NCBI GenBank assembly: GCA_045592125.1
Contig: JAZNUE010000012.1
Coordinates: 1,137-65,136, forward strand
DNA length: 64,000 nt
From: Bacteroidaceae bacterium
GTDB lineage: Bacteria; Bacteroidota; Bacteroidia; Bacteroidales; Bacteroidaceae
Direction: 5' to 3'
A model generated the notes under the pieces. That model made no database searches and was not told the origin of the DNA. It was given only the letters and a program-made list of their open reading frames with translations. Positions 30,099 to 41,214 of the stretch are shown here, one piece after another; positions within the stretch are counted from its first letter, which is position 1, and the number at the start of each line of letters is the position of its first letter. A program made the translations under genes and the position numbers.

Positions 30099-31154
30099 AA
30101 GTTTGTAAGAACTGGCAATATACAGGTCCGTGTCCTTTGCAAACGCTTCGGGGACCTCATCAAGTGCGACCTGCGTTCCAACAGAGCGAAGCGACGAGTA
30201 ATCTCCCGCTAGCAGGCCAGGAACATATATAGTATAGTCTCAAGTAAGTAGAAGAAGGAACGGTTTAAGCCTTGTTATGTTACAGAATACTGGCTGGTTA
30301 TTGCAGTGCATATTGTGTCTGTGGCGTAAATTCCATCTTACATCAATTTTTTACAACATACCGATGTTTCTGTGCTAAATTTTGGTTCTATTTCTATTTA
30401 TTCAGGAAGAATGGTGCGCAAAATCTCTCCTAAACATTTGGTTATTAGTGATATAGCATAATTTCTGCCTCGTGAGAATCAAAAATTTCCTTTCGCCTGT
30501 ACACTATGCCGCATTTTTTGGAATTTTTGTAAATTCTTTCGTTCAAACCAAGATACATTTCTTTGTTTTTAATATTTATTCGTCTTTTTTGGTGTTGACA
30601 AAAATAAATTTACGCCAACCGCCTTGCCATGCATGTATACACATCTGTAAATTATTGCGATTGCTATTGTCTGTAATGCGCGTTTGTAAAAATGTTAACA
30701 GGCAGGGCAGGGCGGTGCTGTTGCAAAATGCTAGCAATCCTGTTGTGCTTATCAACAGGGTGTTATTAACCGCACTAATAACGGTATGCATAAAATATAC
30801 ACTTTGTTTCTTTATGAACAAATGCGCTAAAAACCAGCAATTTACATATTAAATGTTAGTGTAGATTGTAGAGTTTTTCGCTAATATTCGGACCTCCTGT
30901 TCCAGAATTGCATATTTTTGGAGATTGTCATTGGTAATGCTCTGTAAACCACTAGTATATGCAAGAAATATAAAGTAAATTGCAACCATATCTCCGATAT
31001 ACAGGTTGTCTCAGGATTGTTGCCAGCGACACATTCGGCAGGGGTGTATTACATGCTGCTGGATTTTTGTAAACGGCGCGCTTGTGTTATAAATGTAAAC
31101 AGCGTCGCTACCTTGTGCTTTCTGCGGGCTGTTGTTTCTTTGGAATATTCTTTT

Positions 31155-31162
31155 TATCTTTG
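31155..31162 (+). promoter_or_regulatory. TAnnTTTG promoter motif upstream of the HTH gene
   Basis: The sequence tatctttg lies 50 nt upstream of ATG 31213. Confidence 0.4.
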
Positions 31163-31212
31163 TAACGCTGTTGCTTGAAACAATTGTATACATTTAAAAA
31201 CTGCATAAAAAG

Positions 31213-31707
31213 ATGAATGAGAGAGAGAGGATTGAACTGATTATGAAATCCTATGGAATGACCCCTTCTCAGTTTGCCGACAGGACAGGAATACAGCGTG
31301 CCTCTGTATCGCACATTATCAGCGGGCGTAACAAGCCGAGCCTTGAGGTGCTGCAGAAGATTTACGACGCTTTCCCGGAACTTGATGTAAAGTGGCTCAT
31401 GACAGGTGTTGGTGAGGAACCTGTTGCAAATGGCGTTGCAAGCAGCAATGTGCCCGAGAACACGCTATTCTCTCAGGAACCTCAGCCAGCACAGCCAGCA
31501 GTCCAGGTAAAGCAGGAACCGCCGCTCCAGCATATTCCCGCCGAACCCGGGCCTGTGCTGCAGCAAAGGACGCCTGCCCGGTCTCTTCAGCGTAAGGCGC
31601 CAGCTGCGCCAAAGCTCCGCCAGCACTCCTTGCCTGAACGCAGGATAAAGGAAATCCGCATATTTTACACCGACGGTACATACGAGACCCTGTATCCCGA
31701 GAAATGA
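31213..31707 (+). CDS. XRE-family helix-turn-helix protein with P/Q-rich linker
   Basis: The HTH is MTPSQFADRTGIQRASVSHIISGRNKPSLEVLQKIYDAFPELDVKWLMTG. A low-complexity P/Q/A linker follows, then a conserved-looking tail IKEIRIFYTDGTYETLYP. Confidence 0.75.
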   Translation: MNERERIELIMKSYGMTPSQFADRTGIQRASVSHIISGRNKPSLEVLQKIYDAFPELDVKWLMTGVGEEPVANGVASSNVPENTLFSQEPQPAQPAVQVKQEPPLQHIPAEPGPVLQQRTPARSLQRKAPAAPKLRQHSLPERRIKEIRIFYTDGTYETLYPEK

Positions 31708-31955
31708 CCAAGGCTGCAGCACATTATTCTTATATAGCAGATATACAGATGCTATTAGGCATATAACGCTATTAGGCATATAACTGTGCGCATTGGGTCC
31801 CGCTAAGGGTAATGAGGCTGTTTGCGTGGCCGCATTGTATCTACATTTGCGCTATAATGAAAATTATTAGCGCGAAAAATGCATGCGCAACCAAAAAAGT
31901 GCTATCTTCGCATATACCTGGAAGGAAACACAGACAGATTATTAAAATACAGACT

Positions 31956-32723
31956 ATGAAAAAAGTTCTTGTCGATTTGACAGTAAAAGAGGTGCTGCAT
32001 GTCAATGCCAGCTGCGTGCTGCTGGTTATGGGCAGCGATACACCTCTCCCCGACACTATGCCAGGGCAGTTTGCCGAACTGCGCATTGACGGCACGCCTA
32101 CGGTTATGCTGCGCCGTCCTATCTCGGTGCACAGTTTCAATGCTGAAAAGAATGAGGTCGGTTTCCTTGTGCAGCTTGTGGGAGACGGTACCCGCTGGCT
32201 AGGCTCGCTCAAGGCTGGCGACAAGGTGAACACCCTTATGCCCCTTGGCAACGGCTTTACATTGCCCGGATGTGCAGGCAAGCGCTACTTGCTTGTGGGC
32301 GGAGGTGTCGGTTCGGCTCCTCTCTATTACCTTGCCCAGGAACTCAAGGCGCGCGGGTGCGATTTCGTCATTCTCATTGGTGCCCGTTCGGCGAAGGACC
32401 TTTACTTGCGTGAGGCATATGAGGCGCTTGGCCGTGTCGAGTATACTACCGAGGACGCTACATTGGGCGAAAAGGGATATGTTACTAACCACTCGGTGCT
32501 TGGCGAGAAGTTCGATTATGTTTTCACCTGCGGTCCAAAGCCCATGATGCTCTCAGTCGCCAGATATGCGCGCGAGAACGGCATTGGCTGTGAGGCATCG
32601 CTCGAGAACAAGATGGCCTGCGGCCTTGGCGCCTGCCTCTGCTGTGTAGAGGACACCAAGGAGGGGCATAAGTGTGTGTGTACAGATGGTCCGGTATTTT
32701 CAATAGATGAGTTGAAATGGTAA
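31956..32723 (+). CDS. pyrK: Dihydroorotate dehydrogenase electron-transfer subunit
   Basis: The FAD/NAD-binding fold shows RPISV and [11 protein letters not shown], and there is a C-terminal 2Fe-2S Cys cluster [12 protein letters not shown]...CVC. Internal Met 31956 was chosen to give a typical ~255-aa length. Confidence 0.85.
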   Translation: MKKVLVDLTVKEVLHVNASCVLLVMGSDTPLPDTMPGQFAELRIDGTPTVMLRRPISVHSFNAEKNEVGFLVQLVGDGTRWLGSLKAGDKVNTLMPLGNGFTLPGCAGKRYLLVGGGVGSAPLYYLAQELKARGCDFVILIGARSAKDLYLREAYEALGRVEYTTEDATLGEKGYVTNHSVLGEKFDYVFTCGPKPMMLSVARYARENGIGCEASLENKMACGLGACLCCVEDTKEGHKCVCTDGPVFSIDELKW

Positions 32724-33628
32724 AGACAGATGTAAGAATAGGCGGTCTTGAACTGAAGAATCCTGTCATGACCGCGTCGGGAACATTCGGCTACGGCCTT
32801 GAGTTCGCCGATTTCGTTGACTTGAACAAGTTGGGAGGCTTCATAGTAAAAGGCACGACCCTTAACCATCGTGAAGGCAATGCCTATCCGCGCAGCGCTG
32901 AGACCCCTATGGGCATGCTCAATGCGGTGGGCCTGCAGAACAAGGGTGTGGACTACTTTGCCCAGAATATATATCCGCAGCTTAAGGACCTTGATACCAA
33001 CGTGATTGTGAACGTGTCGGGCGCATGCATTGAGGACTATGTTGCCTGTGCCGAGAAGGTTGCTGCGCTTGACGCGATTCCTGGCATAGAGCTCAATATC
33101 TCGTGCCCTAACGTCAAGCAAGGCGGCATGGCATTCGGCGTGCAGGCCGCTTCGGCAGCCGAGGTTGTCTCTGCCGTGCGCAAGGCATATCCTAAGACTC
33201 TTATAGTCAAGCTCTCGCCTAATGTTACCGATATAACAGAGATTGCGCGTGCAGTTGAAGGCGCCGGTGCCGACAGTGTCTCGCTCATAAATACCCTGCT
33301 GGGCATGGCGATAGACTCAGAGAAGCGCCGTCCCGTGCTTTCTACAGTCACAGGCGGAATGAGCGGCCCAGCGGTAAAGCCCATAGCCTTGAGGATGGTA
33401 TGGCAGGTTGCAAAGGCCGTAAAGATACCTGTAGTGGGTATTGGCGGTATCACTACTGGTGCCGACGCCATAGAGTTCCTGCTTGCCGGAGCAAGTGCCA
33501 TTGAGGTGGGAACTGCCAACTTCATGAATCCTGCCGTTACAGGCGAGATTGTCGACTATATCGAGGATTACCTTGTACGTCACAAGATGAGCTCAGTTAA
33601 CGAGCTGATTGGCGCGCTTGAGATATAA
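32717..33628 (+). CDS. pyrD: Dihydroorotate dehydrogenase 1B catalytic subunit
   Basis: Motifs seen are [41 protein letters not shown] and [20 protein letters not shown]. The gene overlaps pyrK by 7 nt. Confidence 0.92.
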   Translation: MVKTDVRIGGLELKNPVMTASGTFGYGLEFADFVDLNKLGGFIVKGTTLNHREGNAYPRSAETPMGMLNAVGLQNKGVDYFAQNIYPQLKDLDTNVIVNVSGACIEDYVACAEKVAALDAIPGIELNISCPNVKQGGMAFGVQAASAAEVVSAVRKAYPKTLIVKLSPNVTDITEIARAVEGAGADSVSLINTLLGMAIDSEKRRPVLSTVTGGMSGPAVKPIALRMVWQVAKAVKIPVVGIGGITTGADAIEFLLAGASAIEVGTANFMNPAVTGEIVDYIEDYLVRHKMSSVNELIGALEI

Positions 33629-33736
33629 ATGCGGCCCCATCCAGAAACTGATGATTTCTGGCGGTATGTCATATGCTGTATGTGTCATATAACAGGTCTT
33701 GATACAGCGGCGCGCGAGTAGTCTTGCCACATAACT

Positions 33737-33770
33737 AAAAATATAGGAACCAGCCTGGTTCCTATATTTT
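33737..33770. terminator. Bidirectional terminator between pyrD and trmD
   Basis: The stem AAAATATAGGAACC-n6-GGTTCCTATATTTT has flanking A/T tracts on both sides. Confidence 0.65.
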
Positions 33771-33858
33771 TTCTGCTCTTCCTTATTACGTTTGTAATGG
33801 CTGGAATCTTGCTGTCTAATCTTGTATATACAAATGTAACATGTAAATAAAATTCATG

Positions 33859-34533
33859 TTACTTCAAAAGGTCGGGGCGTAACAGCCTTGTGCGTTCAAG
33901 CGATTGCTCAAATTCCCACTGGCGTATCTTTGCCTCATGTCCCGAGAGCAGGATTTCTGGCACTTTCCATCCATTGTACTCTGCTGGACGAGTGTAGACA
34001 GGCGGAGCGAGCAAATTGTCCTGGAAAGAGTCGCTAAGCGCCGAAGTTTCGTCCGAAATTACTCCCGGAATTAGGCGAATGACAGCGTCGCATATTACCT
34101 CTACTGCCAATTCGCCACCCGTGAGTACATAGTCTCCAATACTTATCTCTTTAGTAATAAGGTGTTCGCGAATTCTGTGGTCAATTCCTTTGTAATGCCC
34201 GCACAAAAATATAAGATTTTGCCTCATTGAGAGCGAATTTGCCATCGGCTGGTCAAAAACCTGCCCGTCGGGGGTAGTATAAATGACCTCGTCATACTCT
34301 CGCTGCGCCTTGAGGTGCTTTATACAGTTGTCAATAGGCTCAATCTTCATCACCAGTCCTGCACATCCGCCAAACGGGTAGTCATCGGTCTTGCGGTGCT
34401 TGTCAGTTGTATAGTCACGTAAATTATGTAAACAAATTTCGGCATAGCCGTTGCGTTGTGCACGCCCCATTATAGATGAATTGAAAAAGCTCTCCATCAT
34501 CTCGGGGAAGGTGGTAATTATGTCAACTCTCAT
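33859..34533 (-). CDS. trmD: tRNA (guanine37-N1)-methyltransferase
   Basis: Motifs seen are [39 protein letters not shown] and [13 protein letters not shown]. Confidence 0.92.
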   Translation of the reverse strand: MRVDIITTFPEMMESFFNSSIMGRAQRNGYAEICLHNLRDYTTDKHRKTDDYPFGGCAGLVMKIEPIDNCIKHLKAQREYDEVIYTTPDGQVFDQPMANSLSMRQNLIFLCGHYKGIDHRIREHLITKEISIGDYVLTGGELAVEVICDAVIRLIPGVISDETSALSDSFQDNLLAPPVYTRPAEYNGWKVPEILLSGHEAKIRQWEFEQSLERTRLLRPDLLK

Positions 34534-34760
34534 AAAGAATATATTTTTGTAAACTCAAAAAAATGCTGTACTCCAGCCAGCAGGCCGCAACTGACTTGTT
34601 CTCAGGGACTGCTGCATTCTAGAAACCTGAACGGCCTCTTGTCTTACGCCATGCGAAGATAAGGCTTTTATTTGATTGCCGAGGCATGTTATGGCGCTAA
34701 ACTGATAATGTTATTGCAGCATTCCCGTATTTGTGCCTGTGTTTATCTTTGCAGGAAAAA

Positions 34761-35168
34761 ATGAAAATCTCAAGAGGACTCAGGAACAACAACCCGCTCA
34801 ACATCAGGCGGAACAGTACAAGATGGAAAGGACTGGCGCCCGTACAGAGCGACAAGGACTTCTTCTGCTTCAGCGAAATGTGCTGGGGCTACCGTGCGGC
34901 ATTCATCACTCTGCGCACCTATTTCAGCAGGCACGGACTGCGCACGCTGCGCCAGTGGATTTCCCGCTGGGCACCCCCATGCGAGAACGACACGGCGGCC
35001 TATGTGCGCTTTGTCGCGTCCAGGAGCAGCATTGCTGCCGATGATGAGCTTGACATTGGCAACCGTGGAACAATGCTTTCTGTCGTGGCGGCAATGTCAC
35101 ACATGGAGAACGGCGTACCGGCACGCATGGACGATGTTGAGAAAGGCTGGGAACTCGCGTTCTCCTGA
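34761..35168 (+). CDS. Small conserved protein with RNNNP.NIR motif (phage 'structural protein P5'-like family)
   Basis: MKISRGLRNNNPLNIRRNSTRWKGL...WGYRAAFITLRTY...WAPPCENDTAAY recalls a family annotated as structural or hypothetical protein. The assignment is from memory only. Confidence 0.4.
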   Translation: MKISRGLRNNNPLNIRRNSTRWKGLAPVQSDKDFFCFSEMCWGYRAAFITLRTYFSRHGLRTLRQWISRWAPPCENDTAAYVRFVASRSSIAADDELDIGNRGTMLSVVAAMSHMENGVPARMDDVEKGWELAFS

Positions 35169-35366
35169 CACGCCGTTAAACCGCGTTTAAACCGCTTTTC
35201 AGGGCTTTTTGCCTTAGAAGGCGGTTTAAACGCCTTCTGGAGCTTAATAAAACTTAAAATTCTTGCGCGTTCCGGCAATTTTGATTAATTTAGCAATGTC
35301 TAATATTAATAAGGTGTAATACACACAGGCAAATAATATATCTTTAATCTATAACTTTTAATTCAG

Positions 35367-37889
35367 ATGATTGAAAACGACAGAATTATTAAGGTCAATG
35401 TAGAGGAAGAGATGCGCTCTTCTTATATTGACTACTCAATGTCGGTAATTGTGCAGAGAGCCCTGCCTGATGTCAGGGATGGATTGAAACCCGTTCATCG
35501 CCGTATACTCTATGGTATGATGGAACTTGGGAACACTTCGGACAAGCCGTACAAGAAATCGGCACGTACTGTCGGTGATGTACTCGGTAAGTATCACCCT
35601 CATGGCGACTCGTCAGTGTACGGAGCGCTTGTGCGCATGGCCCAGGACTGGGTAATGCGCTATCCGCTCATTGACGGCCAGGGTAACTTCGGTTCCATCG
35701 ACGGTGACTCTCCGGCAGCCATGCGTTATACCGAAGCACGCCTGCACAAGATTGGCGAGGAACTGGCACAGGACCTCTACAAGGAGACTGTTGACTTCCA
35801 GCCCAACTACAACGACGAGTTTGTTGAGCCTACAGTAATGCCTACACGCATACCTAACCTCCTGGTAAACGGTTCATCGGGTATTGCCGTAGGTATGGCA
35901 ACCAATATCCCCACACACAACCTCAACGAGGTGATTGACGCATGTGTGGCCTACATCGACAACCCCGATATTGACACTGACGGCCTCATGGAGCACGTGA
36001 AGGCCCCCGATTTCCCTACAGGCTGCGACATCTTCGGCCTCAACGGCGTGCGCGATGCATATGAGACAGGCCGTGGCCGCGTCATCATGCGCGCTGTAGC
36101 CGAGATTGAGTCGGGTGCTATGCACGACAAGATTGTTGTTACCGCAATTCCCTACAACGTAAACAAGGAGGAACTCATCAAGGATATAGCCTCAATGGTA
36201 AACGAGAAGAAGATTGAGGGCATTTCCAATATCAATGACGAGTCGGACCAGTCGGGCATGCGCATTGTAATAGACGTAAAGCGCGACGCCAATGCCAACG
36301 TAATACTGAACAAGCTCTACAAGATGAGTTCTCTGCAGACATCGTTTAGCGTAAACTGCATTGCCCTTGTAGGCGGCCGTCCCAAGCTGCTTTCTCTCAA
36401 GGAGTGTATCGCCTGCTTTGTCGAGCACCGCCACGATGTGGTTATCCGCCGCACGCAGTACGAGCTCCGCAAGGCCGAGGAGCGTGCACACATTGTAGAA
36501 GGACTCATTATCGCTTCCGACAACATTGACGAGGTTGTGCGCCTCATCAAGGCCGCCAAGTCCCCAGCCGACGCAAGGGCCGCCCTGCAGGAACGTTTCA
36601 GCCTCACCGAGGTGCAGGCTGCAGCCATTGTTGAGATGCGCCTTGCGCAGCTCACAGGCATACAGCAGGACAAGCTCCATGCCGAGTATGAGGAACTCAT
36701 GCGCAAGATTGAGTACTACAATGCAATCCTCACCGACGAGGAGCTCTGCAAGAAGGTAATCAAGGACGAGCTCTTTGAAGTAAAGGAGAAGTATGGCGAC
36801 GAGCGCCGCTGCAAGATTGACTACAGCGCGTCGAGCGACTTCAACCCCGAGGATTTCTATGCCGATGACGAGATGGTAATCACAATCTCGCACATGGGCT
36901 ACATCAAGCGCACTCCTCTCACCGAGTACCGCAGCCAGAACCGCGGCGGCGTGGGCTCAAAGGGCAGCGACACACGCGACAGCGACTTCATTGAGTACAT
37001 CTACACGGCCACCATGCACAACACCATGCTCTTCTTTACCCAGCGCGGAAAGTGCTACTGGCTCAAGGTATACGAGATTCCCGAGGGCAACAAGAACTCC
37101 AAGGGGCGCGCAATACAGAACATGCTCAACATCGATGCCGATGACGCAGTCAATGCATTTGTCCGCGTGAAGACTCTTGCCGACAAGAACTTCATCGAGA
37201 GCCATAACATTGTCTTCTGTACCAAGAACGGTATAATCAAGAAGACCAGCCTTGAGCAGTACTCTCGTCCGCGTACCAACGGTATCATTGCCATTACAAT
37301 ACGCGAGGACGACCGCGTGATATCTGTTGCGCTCACCGATGGCGACAGCGACATCATCCTGGCCAACCGTGGCGGCAAGGCAGTGCGCTTCAACGAGAGC
37401 ACCGTACGCGCTATGGGCCGCACAGCAACCGGTGTCAAGGGCATGGATATTGCCGAGGACGACGAGGTTGTAGGCATGGTAGTGCTGCCAAAGAACGACG
37501 AGACCGAGCACAGCCTGCTCGTGCTTTCGGAGCAGGGTTACGGCAAGCGTTCGGCAACTGATGATTATCCTACGGTAAGCCGTGGCTGTAAGGGCGTCAA
37601 GACACTCCAGGTAACAGAAAAGACAGGAAATCTTGTTGCAATCATGGATGTCAACAACGATAATGACCTCATGATTATCAACAAGTCTGGAATAACAATA
37701 CGTACATCTGTTGACCAGATACCTGTCCAGGGACGCGCGACACAAGGCGTACGCATAATTAACCTTGGCAAGAAGAACGACTGCATTGGCTCGGTATGCA
37801 AGGTTACCCGCGACGCCGAGGAGGAGCAGCCAGCCGGCGAAGTCCAGGCCGAAGGCACAGAGAATGTGACAGAAGAGAATAATAACTAA
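35367..37889 (+). CDS. gyrA: DNA gyrase subunit A
   Basis: [30 protein letters not shown]; AMRYTEARL holds the active-site Tyr; [24 protein letters not shown]; C-terminal beta-pinwheel repeats. Confidence 0.97.
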   Translation: MIENDRIIKVNVEEEMRSSYIDYSMSVIVQRALPDVRDGLKPVHRRILYGMMELGNTSDKPYKKSARTVGDVLGKYHPHGDSSVYGALVRMAQDWVMRYPLIDGQGNFGSIDGDSPAAMRYTEARLHKIGEELAQDLYKETVDFQPNYNDEFVEPTVMPTRIPNLLVNGSSGIAVGMATNIPTHNLNEVIDACVAYIDNPDIDTDGLMEHVKAPDFPTGCDIFGLNGVRDAYETGRGRVIMRAVAEIESGAMHDKIVVTAIPYNVNKEELIKDIASMVNEKKIEGISNINDESDQSGMRIVIDVKRDANANVILNKLYKMSSLQTSFSVNCIALVGGRPKLLSLKECIACFVEHRHDVVIRRTQYELRKAEERAHIVEGLIIASDNIDEVVRLIKAAKSPADARAALQERFSLTEVQAAAIVEMRLAQLTGIQQDKLHAEYEELMRKIEYYNAILTDEELCKKVIKDELFEVKEKYGDERRCKIDYSASSDFNPEDFYADDEMVITISHMGYIKRTPLTEYRSQNRGGVGSKGSDTRDSDFIEYIYTATMHNTMLFFTQRGKCYWLKVYEIPEGNKNSKGRAIQNMLNIDADDAVNAFVRVKTLADKNFIESHNIVFCTKNGIIKKTSLEQYSRPRTNGIIAITIREDDRVISVALTDGDSDIILANRGGKAVRFNESTVRAMGRTATGVKGMDIAEDDEVVGMVVLPKNDETEHSLLVLSEQGYGKRSATDDYPTVSRGCKGVKTLQVTEKTGNLVAIMDVNNDNDLMIINKSGITIRTSVDQIPVQGRATQGVRIINLGKKNDCIGSVCKVTRDAEEEQPAGEVQAEGTENVTEENNN

Positions 37890-37912
37890 TATTTAACCTA
37901 ATCTATTTTAAT

Positions 37913-39184
37913 ATGAAAAAGCTAGTATTGTCGTTAGCATTTGTCCTTATGGGTTCATTTGCTATTGGCCAGGAACTGACCAAGGAACAGATCAAGGAGC
38001 AGAAGAAGCAGAGAAAGGCGCTCATGAATATGGTACAGGATACCGAGGCAAAGATATCTGCCGACCCTGTAGGCGCTGCTAGGGCGCTCAAGGCAGCAAC
38101 AGGCAATGACCTTGTGAACACCGACGCCTATGTGTGGTATGTGAGCACAAACGCAAAGAAGGCTGTTGTTGACAACGAGAACCGCAAGCGTGCCGAAGGC
38201 GCAGCACATGACGAGGCACTGATGTACTCCTATGTATATGAGCTCGGCTTCGACCTCGAGAACTGCGAGAAGTATGACAACATGCCCGACGCAAAGGGCC
38301 GCGTAAAGCCCAAGTACAAGGACTTCATCCTCATGACCTATGCGCAGCAGTTCGCACAGTTCTATAACGCTGGTGCCTATTACTACGGCAACGAGGAGTA
38401 TGAGAAGGCCTACGGCCTCTTCAAGATGTTCATCGATTCATCTGATAAGCTCTACAAGGAAGGCATGATGCCAAAGGACACCACAAATGTTCCTGTTGCA
38501 GCATACAACATGGCACTCTGCGGAATGCAGCTCGAGAACTATGACATGGTGCTCACTCATGTAGACCTTGCATTGGAGCACCCGCAGATGGCGCAGAGCG
38601 CCTACCGTTTCAAGGCAGCGGCCTACCTTGAGAAAGGCGACTCGGCAACATGGCTCAACATGTGCAAGGAGGGTATCACAAAGTTCCCTTCAGACCTCTA
38701 CTACAGCCAGTCTCTTATTCACTACTATGACAGCCGCAACCAGAGCGAGGAACTTGGCAAGCTTGCCGATGACCTCATGGCCTCAGACCCCACAAACCCT
38801 CTCTTCGTGTACCTGAAAGGCTACATTGCACACCAGAAGGAGGATTTTGACACAGCTATCGAGTGGTACGAGAAGACTCTGCAGGTTGACCCCAACTACG
38901 AGAACGCCCTCTCTAACCTTGGACGCTGCTACCTTATCAAGGCTCAGGAGTACAGCACAGCACAGTCTTCAACAAAGGTTACCGACAAGAAGAAACTTGC
39001 CGAGGACAAGAAGATTCTCGACGGATACTACAACAAGGCATTGCCTTTGCTCGAGAAACTGCGCCAGGTAGCCCCCGACAAGCACGACCTGTGGCTCATG
39101 AACCTTATCAACTGCTACTACAACCTCAAGATGGCCGACAAGGTTAAGGAACTTGAGAAGCTTCAGGAGTCTCTAGGATATTAA
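37913..39184 (+). CDS. Secreted tetratricopeptide-repeat protein
   Basis: A signal peptide (MKKLVLSLAFVLMGSFAIGQ) is followed by TPR-like helical repeats, e.g. EDFDTAIEWYEKTLQVDPNYENALSNLGRCY. Confidence 0.65.
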   Translation: MKKLVLSLAFVLMGSFAIGQELTKEQIKEQKKQRKALMNMVQDTEAKISADPVGAARALKAATGNDLVNTDAYVWYVSTNAKKAVVDNENRKRAEGAAHDEALMYSYVYELGFDLENCEKYDNMPDAKGRVKPKYKDFILMTYAQQFAQFYNAGAYYYGNEEYEKAYGLFKMFIDSSDKLYKEGMMPKDTTNVPVAAYNMALCGMQLENYDMVLTHVDLALEHPQMAQSAYRFKAAAYLEKGDSATWLNMCKEGITKFPSDLYYSQSLIHYYDSRNQSEELGKLADDLMASDPTNPLFVYLKGYIAHQKEDFDTAIEWYEKTLQVDPNYENALSNLGRCYLIKAQEYSTAQSSTKVTDKKKLAEDKKILDGYYNKALPLLEKLRQVAPDKHDLWLMNLINCYYNLKMADKVKELEKLQESLGY

Positions 39185-39202
39185 TACCAGAAACCACCGC
39201 AA

Positions 39203-39239
39203 AAAAGAATACTGCCTCATTATCGGGGCAGTATTTTTT
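39203..39239. terminator. Bidirectional terminator
   Basis: The stem AATACTGCC-n10-GGCAGTATT is flanked by A6 and T6 runs. Confidence 0.6.
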
Positions 39240-39298
39240 GTAGCCTGTCAAATTACAGGAATTCCGTATACGTTTATCTAGTTCTCTTATACCGGTTC

Positions 39299-40498
39299 TT
39301 ACTTTAAACGTCCTGGGTATTGCTCAAGCGCCTTTCCCAGCAGGAAGATTGCGCGCTTAAGGTCCTGCTTGTCAATGGCATACGCAATGCGTACCTCGTT
39401 CTTTCCGTAGCCTTCCTCGCTGTAGAAACCCGAAGCCGGCGCCATCATAATAGTCTCGCCCTCATATTCAAAATCGGTCAGGCACCATTCGCAGAACCTG
39501 TCGCTGTCGTCAATTGGCAGGCGGGCGACAGTGTAGAATGCGCCCATTGGGATAGGGGAGTACACCCCTGGCAATTTGTTGAGTTCATCCACAAGGCAGT
39601 TACGTCGCTCTATGTACTGCTCATATGTGTTAATAGCATAGGAACGCGGGGCCTCAATTGAGGCCTCTGCAACAACCTGGCCTAGCAGCGGCGGGCTAAG
39701 GCGTGCCTGGCAGAACTTCATAACTGCCTGGCGCACAGCCTTGTTCTTGGTTATGAGCGCGCCAATTCTTATTCCACATTCCGAATAACGCTTTGAAACA
39801 GAGTCAATTAGCACCACATTATCCTCAATTCCCTCAAGATGGCACGCCGAGATGTAAGGCGAGCCTGTGTATATGAACTCGCGGTATACCTCGTCCGAGA
39901 AAAGATAGAGATTATGCTTCTTTACAAGGTCGCGTATGCGGTTCATCTCGTTACGTGTGTAGAGATATCCTGTAGGGTTATTGGGGTTACATATTAGTAT
40001 TCCGCGTGTGCGCTCGTTTATGAGTTCCTCAAAACGTTCCATGGGCGGCAGCGCAAAGGACTCGTCAATTGTTGAGCGTATTGGGCGTATGACAGCGCCC
40101 GCCGATATAGCAAACGCCATGTAGTTGGCATATGCCGGTTCCGGCACAATAATCTCGTCGCCAGGGTTAAGGCATGTGAGGAATGCAAAGAGCACTGCCT
40201 CCGAACCGCCAGATGTCACAATAATGTCATCGGGCTTGAGCTTAATCTGGTACTGGTCGTAATATCCTACAAGTTTCTCGCGCAAAGAGAGAAAACCGTC
40301 GCTGGGGCTATATTCAAGAATCTTCTGGTCAAATTTCCTTATCGCTTCAAGCGCAACCTCGGGAGAATTCAAGTCGGGCTGGCCAATGTTCAGGTGATAA
40401 ACCTTAATGCCACGTTCTTTTGCAGCATTTGCAAACGGTGCCAGCTTGCGAATTGGCGACGAAGGCATAAGTATGGCTCTTTCTGATAATTCAGGCAT
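39299..40498 (-). CDS. Class I/II PLP-dependent aminotransferase (aspartate/aromatic-type)
   Basis: 399 aa. Motifs seen are NIGQPDL, CNPNNPTG and the PLP-Lys motif DSVSKRYSECGIRIG. Confidence 0.8.
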   Translation of the reverse strand: MPELSERAILMPSSPIRKLAPFANAAKERGIKVYHLNIGQPDLNSPEVALEAIRKFDQKILEYSPSDGFLSLREKLVGYYDQYQIKLKPDDIIVTSGGSEAVLFAFLTCLNPGDEIIVPEPAYANYMAFAISAGAVIRPIRSTIDESFALPPMERFEELINERTRGILICNPNNPTGYLYTRNEMNRIRDLVKKHNLYLFSDEVYREFIYTGSPYISACHLEGIEDNVVLIDSVSKRYSECGIRIGALITKNKAVRQAVMKFCQARLSPPLLGQVVAEASIEAPRSYAINTYEQYIERRNCLVDELNKLPGVYSPIPMGAFYTVARLPIDDSDRFCEWCLTDFEYEGETIMMAPASGFYSEEGYGKNEVRIAYAIDKQDLKRAIFLLGKALEQYPGRLK

Positions 40499-40882
40499 TT
40501 TCTTTCACGTTTTATTTTGCGGTTGCAAAGTTATTAAAAAATATCTTTCTTCGTTTACATACACTCAATTAATTGCCTAGCAATTTCTAACTAAAATCCC
40601 TCCAGACCCACTACCCGTATTTTTCGCTACTAATGCATGATAATAAATATTATGTTTAATATAATTCTGGAATTTGCACTCTCGCTTATAATTGGACAGG
40701 AATTTCGCATAATAGAAACGCTGTGTGTGAACTAAGTTTCTGCAATTCCTGCAAGAGAGATACTTCGCTCTGCTCAGTATGACAAGTGACATTCAGGCCC
40801 GTAATCCTTAAATGTGTTCTTGTCCATTTCGACACGAAGTGGAGACGTGTTGTTGAGGACTTGCCCGAAAAAATCTCGGAAT

Positions 40883-41138
40883 AGAGAACAGAGTACAGAG
40901 AACAGAGTACAAGTGTGGCAATGACAGTTCCTCGTGGGGGCGCTTCTTTCTACTTTAAGCCCACTTCGTGGGCTTAAGCCTTGGCTGCGCTCGCTGTAAA
41001 AGCTCAAGTAGACTTGGCTTTTTCAACTTTCAACTTTAACCCCACTTCGTGGGCTTGAACCTTGGCTGCGCTCGCTGTAAAAGCTCAAGTAAACTTGGCT
41101 TTCGCTCGCTTGGCACAAGCTTTCATCTTTCATCTTTC
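40883..41138 (+). repeat. Composite intergenic repeat, family A (CAGAGAACAGAG head plus two A units)
   Basis: This ~256-bp block is near-identical and collinear with 59613-59863. It generates the spurious ORF MGLNLGCARCKSSSKLGFRSLGTSFHLS at both loci. Confidence 0.9.
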
Positions 41139-41214
41139 CTCTTTTTTAAACATGCTTGTATATTGCAAGAACTTTCCCTAAATTCGCGCTGGTATCATTT
41201 GAGACAGCAATCCA

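Noticed and set aside
30100-30230. GC-richer segment that might be an SRP RNA, tmRNA or other known ncRNA.
   Set aside because: I could not find the conserved SRP domain IV motif, tmRNA tag or acceptor features, or a tRNA cloverleaf. No rRNA or tRNA genes are evident anywhere in the window.
30472-30852. 126-aa ORF in the AT-rich tract.
   Set aside because: The composition is low-complexity and Phe/Ile/Leu/Asn/Lys-rich. The start is GTG/TTG-type with no promoter motif, and no motif was recognised. It is treated as non-coding.
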